Below are positions 49,700 through 60,500 of a DNA stretch of 64,000 nt, piece by piece. The stretch's first letter is position 1. Each line of letters starts with the position of its first letter. A program made the translations under genes and the position numbers. The notes beneath the pieces were generated by a model. That model made no database searches. It was given only the letters and a program-made list of their open reading frames with translations, and was not told the origin of the DNA. The stretch comes from Azolla caroliniana (Eukaryota; Plantae; Polypodiophyta): the NCBI GenBank assembly GCA_043228905.1, contig JBHGNT010000003.1, positions 11,408,001-11,472,000 on the forward strand. The letters are read 5' to 3'.

Positions 49700-52600
49700 A
49701 AGTTTGTTCTTAGAGTATTCTCGCGTTCCCATGTGGCATCTTTGATAGATTTGTCCATCCATTTAATTTTAAATTCTCAGATTTCTTTAGTACGTAACTG
49801 ATTTGTTTTAACATCGAGAATTCTTTCTGGTACATGTGGTTTCGAAGATATATCTTCAGAAGTAACCAGAGTTTCAGTTGTAACTGTGTTGTCGCCAGAA
49901 CCTAGAAGTTCTTTTAGACGACTCAGATGGAAGACTGGATGAATTCCAACACCATCGGGAAGAGCGAGACGATAGGCTGATGACCCAATGTGTTTGAGGA
50001 CTGTAAAAGGTCCACAAAACCGTGGGGCTAACTTAGCGCACTTACCCGTAGACAATGTCTTAGAATTGTGAGGTACACGTAAAAATACCTTCTGTCTAGG
50101 GTTGAATACACGAGGTTGCCTATGATGGTCGGCATAGAAACGCACTCTATCTTGAGCTGTTTTTATATTATCTCGTGCAATATGCAACATATCTTGCATA
50201 TCCTGAAGAAAGTTTTGCGTACTTCGCAACTCATCATGATGTATATTAACATCAATCGGGGCTCGTGGCTGAAAACCATACATCAACATAAAAGGACTAT
50301 ATCCCGTCGATGTATGCTTGGAGCTGTTATAAGCAAACTCCAAAATTGGGAGATAACGTTCCCATTTTGTTGGTTTTGCACCAACGTATGCTCGAAGCAT
50401 GTCCTCAATAATTTGATTTACTCGTTCTGTCTGTCCATCGGATTTGAGGATGATCCATGGAGCTCATGCTCAACGTAGTTTCTAACTTCTTAAAGACTTG
50501 CGTCCAGAAGTTACTAGTAAACTTTGGATCTCGATCACTCACGATATCCATCGGTAACCCATAAAAACGAAATAATACGTCAACGAATTGGTAAGCCAAT
50601 TCAGGAGTTGTTACTGTGGTTTTAGTAGCAATAAATCTGGCCATTTTAGTTAGTTGACCAACGACAACCCAGATGGCATCATGAACTTTTTGGGTGCGAC
50701 GAAGGCTAACAATAAAATCCATGGATATATACTTTCCCACTTATTATTGGGAATGTCCAAGGGATGTAAAAGTCCTATGGCTTTAAGTCGCTCGGCTTTG
50801 TTAACCTGGCACTGGTGACATTTAGTCACATAGCTATTTATGTCAGGACGCATCGTAGGCCAATAAAATTGAGTGGAGATGAGAACGAGTCTACGATGTA
50901 TTCCAGGGTGCCCTACTGAGGGTGCATCATGACATTAAAAAAGAATCCTCTTTTTGACCTCGGGTAAATCTGGAACACAAACCTTCCCATTACGGTAGAG
51001 CAAACCGTTAGCAATGTGGAAGTATTCCTTCGAGGATGTGGTGGTGTCTGTTCCAGAGTCAACTCTTGCCCAGTATTTTGCAAAATAATTGTCATCAGGA
51101 TACTTTCCTCGAAGGTGATCATAAAGATCTGATGTTATTTCAGTGAAGGTAAGCATGTTAACTTCACAGATGCGACTTAGTGCATCAACGACAGTGTTCA
51201 TGGAACCTTTACGATATCGTATGGAAAAATCAAAGTCCTGGATGAGGTCAACCCATCGTGCCTTACGACCTTTCAGGTCTTGTTGGTCACAAAAATATTT
51301 CAAGGACTCGTGGTTCGTAGTTACCACAAAGCGATTTCCATAAAGATAATGGCGCCATGTTTTGAGCGCATGTATAACTGCAAATAACTCCTTTTCTTGA
51401 ACGGTATACCGACATTGAGAAGAATCAAGTTTCTTACTCTCGAATGCTATTGGTTTACCATCTTGATACAAGACAACACCTATAGCATAATTGCTTGCAT
51501 CGGTTTCAACCTCGAAAGGTTTTAAAGGATCAGGTAAAAGAAGTGAAGGAGCCTTACAAACCAGGTCCTTGAGTTCCTTAAAGGCGAGGTCTAGTGTAGC
51601 ATTCCACACAATAGGTTTTGTAGACTTACGCGTTTGACCTTTTAAAAGATCAGTAAACGGCGTCGTCAATTGGGAGTAATTACGAAGAGACTTTCGCAAA
51701 AACCCGACAAAACCAAGGAATGATCAAACTTCTCGAATATTCCGAAGAGTGGGCCAAAGCTTGATTTTCTCAATGCGAGAAGGATCAAATTCAAGTCCTC
51801 GTTCGGTTATGAGATGTCCTAGATAAGTAATTGATTTCTTGAAGAACTCACATTTCGAGATCTTCACATAAAACTGTTTGTCATGCAATGTTTGTAAAAC
51901 AAAGTGGACATGTCTAACATGTTCTTTTAATGTACGACTATAAACTAAAATATCATCCAAGAAAATAACGACAAATTTTCCAAGTTGTTCTCTGAAAATG
52001 TCATTCATTTCTTGTTGAAAAGTAGCCGGAGCATTGGTCAAACCAAAAGGCATAACCAAAAACTCATAATGGCCATAGTGCGTACGAAATGCCGTTTTAG
52101 GAACATCTTCCTCACTTATTCGTATTTGATGGTAGCCAGTACGGAGATCAAGTTTCGTAAAATACCGAGCTCCCTGGAGACGATCAATTAGATCGTCCGC
52201 ACGGGGCAATGGGTACGAATTCTTGATCGTCACTTTATTCAAGCGTCGGTAATTAATACACATACGCCATGTGCCCTCTTTCTTTTTTACCAAGAGAATT
52301 GGTGCATCCCATGGAGATTTACTATAACGTATATAACCCATTCGTAAATAGTCCTTGAGTTGCTTAGATACCTCATCTTCTTCGGATCGACTTAAGAGAT
52401 ACAAAGGTATACTTATTGGTGCAACACCAGGTACAATATCTATACGATGGTCTATATTACGTTTAGGAGGTAACCCATCAAGTAGTTCACTTGGAAAAAC
52501 ATCATGAAAATCATTTAAGATTTCATCAAGTTGTTGTTGTTCAAAATATGTTAATTGAACCGGGACATTATCGATATTATAAACGTGAATGTCCAGATCA

Positions 52601-53888
52601 AGTACACAATAAAATAACGTAGAACAAGACAACTCAGATTTTGATGAACACGAGGAAACAATCAAGAGGGATTGTTTTTTGATACATTGAATAAAATGCG
52701 TACAATCGTTCAGTACAAAAGAAATGGAATGGCGAACCCAATCAATAAATAAAGAAAAGTTTTTATTATAAAACCAGGGATAACCCAGTATTACATCGGT
52801 GGTAAAAGGATTCATTACATGGAAGTCTGCTTCCTCTATATAAGTATCAATAGAAATTCCTAATGAATGAATCGCCCTGTTGATGTATTGTACTCTTCCA
52901 TCAGCCAAGTGCACTGTGTAGGTGTGATCACTTACGGTGGGTTGGATTCCCCATATCTGAACCAAACGATCATTCACAAAATTGTGTGAGCTTCCCGAAT
53001 CAAATAAAAATTGTACAGGAGATCTATTGATATACCCGTTTGCACGTAGTAAATCATTGGGACCCAATACATAGTGAGGGAAAGAACATTGACAATTACT
53101 TAAATGATGTGTATAGACCTGAAGGACATTAGGAATTTGACCTTTATGGTCTGAAGCTTTAGGTTTGCTGTCGTGCTCTTTCCGTTGGAGCTTTCGACAT
53201 TGCTCTTTTGTGTGACCCTTCATTTTGTAGAATACGCAAAAAGGATGTTGTCGCTTACAATCGTGATCCAGGAATTCGTTGGGTGTCTTGCGTTCCCCAA
53301 CAAATTGCGACTGCTTAGTCCCTGGCGCTTCGTTGGGTTTGTTGTCGTCCTTCTTCTAAGTGCGTTGATAGCGAAGAACTATTTCAACGGCCTCTTCGAA
53401 GGATTTTGGATCCTTATCGTGCACTATCCAATGATAGTCCGAATTGGGGATGCCATTGACAAAACAAGCTATCAACCAATTGTCCCCTTCTAGACCTGAT
53501 TTTTGGATTTGGGTTCTAGCATGGTGAACATAGTCTTCTAGCGAGGAAAATTTCTTGCTAGAGAGGTTCATTAAAGCTTGTGCTGCCTCGGTTCGAGAGG
53601 GAGGTTGCAGAAATTGGCCCTTAAAAACCGTGACAAAATCTGTCCAGGTATCAGACAATTTCCCCATAGTACGGAGCCCATGCCACTAGGCGGCGGCCTT
53701 ACCCCCGAGTTCTCGGCCGACATATGCAATCTTCATACTATCTGGCGTGGGATAGAGCTCAAAATGAGACTCCCATCGTCCCAGCCATGTGCAGATTGCT
53801 TCTTCGGTTCTTTCCTTTTTGTCTCCCGTAAATGGCTTAAGGACAAATGATGGTTCACCTTGTCGCTCATCAGGTCTATTAGCCTCAC
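49700..53888 (-). pseudogene. G2 gag-pol, fragmented by stops and frameshifts
   Basis: [10 protein letters not shown] (PR) and VFLDDIL-type RT motif in the 499-aa ORF 51724-53223. ETDAS (RH), SMDFI/SDRDPKF (IN) and chromodomain PERILDVK are present. Confidence 0.92.
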
Positions 53889-55728
53889 TGTTGAGAGACA
53901 AGCTCAACATCGGCCGGATCGGCTAAAGAAGCCAAGGACCGGATCGGTTGGGACCGATCGGTTAGGCCGAATGCGTAAACCGGTACGCAGACCGGTGCGT
54001 AGGTAGGGCCGGATCGGTGCGTAAACCGGGAGGCCGTTAGGAAAGATATTCCGTGAGGAATATATTTGGGAGTTAGTGTAGGAGCTCTTAATGAGCATTG
54101 AAGTACTGTCAGTACTTCGGTCAGTTCTTCTAGGACTTGTATAAAAGTGTTCATTGAACACACATATGCATAGAGTGTGGTGAATAGAGATTGAGTACCT
54201 TTTTTGAATATAGTTCTTGTTTTTTCTCTCTCTCTCACTCTCTCTGTCTCTCCCACGTATACTGCGTAAGCTCAAGCTCTCCATTAAACCTGAGTTTTCT
54301 TCCTTCTGTTCGGTCTTCATACTTGCTTCTGCACGTTACTTTTTACATGGTATCAGAGCGCGAGGGTTGAGAACCTCTCTACAGCTGACACAGCTTGACG
54401 AAGAAGAACAAGAAGAATGATGGATAGAGGCATGGCGAGCTCGCTTCCAACAGAGAAGCTCGACAGAACCAACTACGCGTCTTGGTCCTACAAGATGCAC
54501 CAGTACCTGCTCGGGCACGGGTACTGGAGTTATGTCGAAGGAGCTAATGACGCGGCACCCGAATCGACACACAAAGACTTCCCGTCGTGGGAGCAATCGG
54601 CGAGTAGGGTATTATACTGCTTTGCGTCGTGTGTGGGCGAACAACTATTGAGCTATGTTCGGGATGCAAAGATGTCGTTCGGGGTGCATGGGAAAATCTG
54701 AAGAAGATTTTCGCCGCGAGCACCACAACCAAGAAGCTTCAGCTTCGACTGGAGTTGAGCAACCTACGACAACGCGACTTGTCGGTGGCTGACTATACCT
54801 CGAAGATCAAGGATATCTGTGACTCCCTCGCCTCCATAGAGGTGAACATCGAGGAGAGTGAGATGGTCCAGATCTGTCTCAGAGGTTTGGCGTCGAAGTT
54901 CGGAGCGTTCCGAACGGCTGTGTGTACCCGGGAGAATACGCCGTCCTTTTTCGACTTACAGTCAATGCTCCTGGTAGAGGAGAACCACGCAGGTGCGTCT
55001 ACAAGCACGCACACCGACAACAGAATGTTGTACATGGAGGGAGACAGGCCCCGTGGACGTGGAGGATGAGGCGAGTCGGCGCGCAATGGAGGCGGCCGAC
55101 AAGATCAAGGAAGAAGGCACCGAAGTGATGCCGACAACAACTCCGGACCCTCTGGAAACAGGGGGAGTCTAAGCGATGAGAACCGGCAAGGGAAGGCCAT
55201 CGCGGAGTGCTGGTACTGTGGCAAGAAGGGCCACAGGGAAAGTGAGTGTTGGAAGAAGCGCACCGATTCGGAGAGAACCGGTTCCGGAAACGGCTCCAGA
55301 CATACCGACAAGGGAAATCGGTAGCGATCGCACTACGCCGAAGACTCCGGGAGAGCCGGAGAAGGGTCTGCCTTCGTGATGAGACACGAAGCAAACTCAA
55401 TGAAATGGACCACCCCGAGATCGGACGAGGTGTGGTACGTAGACTCTGGTGCGTCAAACCACATGACGAGCCATAAGGAGTGGTTCTCGTACCTTGAAAA
55501 ACCGATACAATCTGGAGTAGTCGCAACTGGAGACGACACTCCGCATCCGATCACGAATGTCGGAGAAGTCCCCCTTAGCCATGTCGGGCAGAAAGGGAAA
55601 CTCATGAATGTGCTGCACGTTGTCGTAGTGTATTCCACACACTACGTGAAAACCGTAAAATAACATATCCGATTTTAGATACATATAAATAAATAAATAA
55701 TATATCAAAAGAATTTATCACGTGCATA

Positions 55729-55790
55729 GGGCAAGATTCGAACCATGCACCTCCACGTAGATAAACCTCAACTTTACCATTATGCTACCT
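55729..55790 (-). promoter_or_regulatory. tRNA-like Pol III A-box/B-box module in the W 5' LTR (second copy ~58243-58303)
   Basis: A-box TAGCATAATGG (55787-55777) and B-box GGTTCGAATCT (55744-55734); the 3' LTR copy reads GGTTCGAATCC. Confidence 0.7.
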
Positions 55791-56346
55791 TATCTTTAGT
55801 GTTGTACAAATAGATTTAATAACTATAAGTGCTTTATTTGCGCCTACCTTTATTAAAAGGTAAATCATGCATTTTTAGAGTGCGTGAATATTTTATAGAA
55901 AAAACGCAAGCAACTAAAAAGTGACTCATGCACATCTAGCGTGCATGAGCACTATATTTAGCAAATAAAAGCAAGGATTAGAAAAGCATCACATGCACAT
56001 TTAGTGTGCATGAACATATTAGAAAAAGCATGTAGCTATGCTTAGTCTCTCCCATCACTATATAAGGATGGGGAGCACATTGTAGTTTTTGTTGATTATT
56101 TTTCTATAATGATCAATCAATCTAAAATATTCGTGGGATTCACGAATTTGCTAAAATAATTCTCTCTTACTACCTAAATATTGACTAAATATACTAAACT
56201 CGTGGGATTCACGAGATTCTTATCTTATAACTCTTTATACCTATTCTTTACTAGCCTTATTTGTATTTTTCTTTCTCCTAGTCCAAAACCTCGGCGGTTC
56301 CCACCCGACTCACGCAACGATCCGAAGCCGAAAGGCACGACACAGT

Positions 56347-56364
56347 TGGTGAACCCGACGTGAA
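56347..56364 (+). promoter_or_regulatory. Primer-binding site complementary to tRNA-Trp
   Basis: TGGTGAACCCGACGTGAA is the reverse complement of the plant cytosolic tRNA-Trp 3' end (...TTCACGTCGGGTTCA-CCA), recalled from knowledge. Confidence 0.85.
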
Positions 56365-56380
56365 GGCGGGTGGTAAGGAG

Positions 56381-57589
56381 ATGGAGAATCAACAAGAAGC
56401 GATGAATATGATGATGATGATGATTAAGCGGATGCAAGAAGAGCAACACACAATGTCAGAGATGAAATCGGCAGTAGTGCGGCTTGTGCAAAGAAACGGG
56501 GAATTCGACGGAAAGGATGTGTCACGCTATCTACATGACTACAAGACGGAGATGATGCGATGTGGGATACCGGAAGGATTGCAAGTGATATCCTTCAGTC
56601 GGGTAGCCACGGATGAGTTACAAGAAAGAATCTTCAAGATACGGCAACAAAATCCAACATGGGAGTCCTTTGAAGAAGCTATACGAGACGCATACGACTA
56701 TCTAAGACCGAAGCAGATGAGGACATGGTCCACGAACGGCGGTCAACAGTGGGTGAAAAGTGGCCACCGACTTCCACTGAAGGAGAGCTTGATGCGGAAG
56801 GGTTCGGAGATGCATGAAAAGTCGCAAGTCGACATTGAAGGGGAGCTTAAAACCGAACCAAAGTGGAGGCCAACAAAGGACGAGGAGGAGGAAGATTGAG
56901 GACGAAAGGGTATCCCCACACCGGTTCCAGAAACTTTGGCGGTTGTGCCCGTGCACCAACGTGAGACCGGAGAGACGGAATGTGTCGGCGGAAAGGTGGA
57001 GGACCGGAAGGGCGACGAGGAAGACAAAGTAAATGAGCACGAACGAAGGGATTCCTTCACCATTGTTTTGGAAACTTCGGTAGTCGAGCCCGTGTGTCGA
57101 CATAACACCGAAGATAAGGAAAGTGGCGGCAACGAAACGAAGGTCGAAGCCGATGCATACGAAGGAGAGATAGCCAAGGAGGTGGCTATGGGTGAAACAA
57201 CGGAGGACGATAATACTGTGGATTCCTATCCACTAATTCTAGAGACTTCGGCGGTTGTATTCGAGAACCAACGTGAGACCGGAGAGACAGGAGGTGGCGG
57301 CAAGAAAGGTAAAGTCGGAAGCCGGTTCGGATGGAAGGTGATCCGGACGGGATTCCGATCCGAAAGAAAGCCGAACCGGGTGAAAGAGGATTCGACCGAA
57401 AGACGACCCGAAAGAAAGCCGAACCGGACGAATGAGGATTCAACCGAATGTCGACCCAAAAGAAAGCCGAACCGAAAGGAAGAGAATTCGGCCGAAAGCC
57501 GAACCGGGCGAATGAGGATTCGGCCAAAAGACGACCCAAAAGAAAGCCGACCCGAAAAGGGGTCGACTCGATCAAAACCGGTCGACTGA
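56381..57589 (+). pseudogene. W ORF: Gag-capsid-like N-terminus plus charged repetitive tail, one in-frame TGA at 56897
   Basis: ORFs 56360-56899 and 56936-57589 are in the same frame. FDGKDVSRYL...WESFEEAI resembles Ty3 gag. 16-aa repeats of the ERKPNRxxEDSTExRP type follow. Confidence 0.65.
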
Positions 57590-60500
57590 GTCTGACTTGG
57601 CCGAACGCGAATATGGATGGAAGCCGACCTAGCCGAAAGCCGATCGGATGAGACCGATCCGGAAAGAAGCTAATCCGACTCAACCGGAGGTTGGACCGGT
57701 CGAGGCTGGTGAAAACGAGGAAAAGAAAGCCAACCGAAACCGAAAGCGATAGATCGAAACCGGGCCGGAAGGAGACCGACTCAATCAAACCCGAACAACC
57801 GATTCCGATTCGGCCGAATACGAATCCGATCGGAAGCCGATCAAACCAAAAGTTGATCGGACGAGAGCGATCCGGAAAAAAGTCAAGGTTGATGAAGACA
57901 AGAAAGAGGCCAGTAAACGACACTACCACGAATGACAAGGGCCAAGAATATGACGAGAGAGAACAAAGAATATGGTGGATCGGATGGCGACAATGGTTCG
58001 GGTGGAAAGAATGGGTCTACTCAAAATGGAGAGACAAAGTTGACATAGCGGGACAAACGGAGGATGAAGGGAAGACAACGAGCATCGGCAACTTCGGCAC
58101 ATACCGGAGGATGTGCGGGTTCGGAGGGGGCGAGTGTCGTAGTGTATTCCACACACTACGTGAAAACCGTAAAATAACATATCCGATTTTAGATACATAT
58201 AAATAAATAAATAATATATCAAAAGAATTTATCACGTGCATAGGGCAGGATTCGAACCATGCACCTCCACGTAGATAAACCTCAACTTTACCATTATAAT
58301 AACTTATCTTTAATGTTATAAATATAGATTTAATACGTATAAGACCTTTATTTACACATACCTTTATTAAAAGGTAAAAATCATGTATTCTTTAGAGTGT
58401 GAATATTTTATTTACACGTGCCACTAAAAGTGACTCATGCACATCTAGCGTGCATGAGCCCTATATTTAGAAAATGACAAAGCATCACATGCACATTTAG
58501 TGTGCATGGACACTTTAGGTGAAAAAGCATGAAGTCATGCTTAGCCTCTTCCATCTTTATATGAGGAGAGAAATATGTATAAGGTTGTTGATTAATATAG
58601 AAGAATTGATCAATCTAATATATTCGTGGGATTCACGAATTTTGCCATCTAAATTACTCTTATAATCTAAATATTGTTTTAAAATACACTAAACTCGTGG
58701 GATTCACGAGATTACTATCTTACTTCTCTTCCTATTATTCATAACTAGCCTTAAGTTGTATTTTTCTTTCTCCTAGTCCAAAACCTCGGCGGTTCCCACC
58801 CGACTCACGCAACGATCCGGAGCCGAAGGGCTCGACAACGTTCCGACAATCACGAAGAACTTGGTCTCGGTCGGACAGATCGTTGACCAAGGGATGGAGG
58901 TTCGGTTTACACACCTCGGGTGCTTCATTGAGGAAGTAGGCCGTGTGATTGCGCAAGGGCGCAGAGACGGGAGGATGTTCATCCTCGATTCCACTGACGG
59001 CGGCACCACAATGTTCGCGAAGGGACAAAAATCCGAGTCGGACATCGACTTGTGGCACAAGCGGATAGGCCACGTCAACTACCAGCAGTGGCTTCAAGAT
59101 CTGCAATCGAAACAGGTAGTGTTCGGATTGCCCAAATTTAGTGGCCGAAAGGCAAAAATTTGTGAAGCTTGCCAGCTCGGGAAGCAACACCGACTTCCTT
59201 TCCCAAACGAGCGAAACCGGAGCCAGAACAAGCTCGACCTTATACACTCCGATGTATGGGGGCCGACACAAAACGTTAATCTTGCGGGAGCCGATATTTC
59301 GTCTCCTTCATTGACGACCACACGTGGCACACGTGATCTACCTCATTGAGAGGAAGAGCGAAGTCTTCGACTGTTTCCGGAACCTCAAAGGGTTCGTGGA
59401 AACGGCAACGGGATGAAGGATCAAGTGCCTGCGGTCAGATGGCGGGAAAGAGTACTTTTCTGGTCAATTCAACGGATATCTACAACAAATGGGAATTCAG
59501 CGTGAATTCAGTTGTAGATACACACCGGAGCAGAACGGCGTGGCCGAGAGGAAGAATCGGTCAGTTGTGGAAGCGGCACGGGCAATGTTGGAGGAGAAGA
59601 GCTTGCCCAAGTTCTACTGGGCGGAGGCGGTAAGGACCGCGGTATACATCCAGAACCGGATCGGAGACAAAGTGTCGGCGCATGAGCTATATTTCGGAAT
59701 GAAGCCGAACTTGAGACACTTGAGGGTGTTCGGTAGCATTGCGTATATGCATGTACCGAAGGAGAAAAGGAGGAAGTTGGACGCAAAGGCCAAGAAATGC
59801 ATCTTGGTCGGTTTCTCGGACGAGCAGAAGGGTTATAAGTGCTATAACCCTCGCACCAAACAAGCGCGTGTCAGCCGCGACGTTGTGTTTGACGAGTCCG
59901 CATCTTGGTACCAACCCCCGACTCCGAACCCCGACTCCAATCCAAGCTCTGACGATGAGGTCAGAGAGGCCGAGATGCCTCCGGATGAGCCTGAAATTGA
60001 GACCCGCGAAAAGAGTCCGATTTCACTCCGTTTAAGTGGACCGATTGGACGACTGAGTCGGTACGATCAGTCGGATGAAGAGTCGGCGAGTAGTGGAGAC
60101 TCGGCCATGCATTCCCCGCGCAGGAAGCCGAGGAGACGGCTTACGCGCAAAGAGAAAGGGAAGAAGAAGGTGTCGGATTCCGGCATGGATAGGAACGGGT
60201 CGGACTGATGCGAGTCCGACTTCAAGGGAAGCGGCGACGGGCCTTCAGGAATGAAGTCCGCGTCGGCCGAGAAGACCTCGACATTGGCTAATGTGAGATT
60301 ACGCCGATCTACCCGCCAGAAGAACCCTATTTTGCGGTTCGGATACAACGAGTACATGGCGCATCATTATGCGTACATGACCCATGTAGCGGAAGTGTGT
60401 GAGCCGGAGAGCTATGTAGAAGCGGCTAAAGACACGAACTGGCATGCCGCGATGGAGGAAGAGATGCACGCATTGGCGGAGAACGAGACCTGGGACCTGG

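Larger units (their letters stand above)
55621..58837 (+). mobile_element. Non-autonomous LTR element W (gag-like ORF only, tRNA-Trp PBS); LTRs 55621-56342 and 58135-58837
   Basis: TGTCG...CGACA ends, 4-bp TSD ACGT/ACGT, PPT GGAGGGGGCGAG. It splits the A4 reading NVLHV|PTITKN. Confidence 0.93.

Noticed and set aside
53904-54320. Duplicated 138-aa minus-strand ORFs (also 62492-62908) and the 36644/41960 ORFs
   Set aside because: They are open frames inside LTR pairs, and their similarity simply reflects LTR identity.
55729-55790. Functional tRNA gene
   Set aside because: No acceptor or anticodon stem. Only the promoter boxes and a T-arm-like part are present, inside an LTR.
57186-57938. 250-aa antisense ORF in W
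   Set aside because: Shadow of a purine-rich repetitive sense strand; no recognisable domain.
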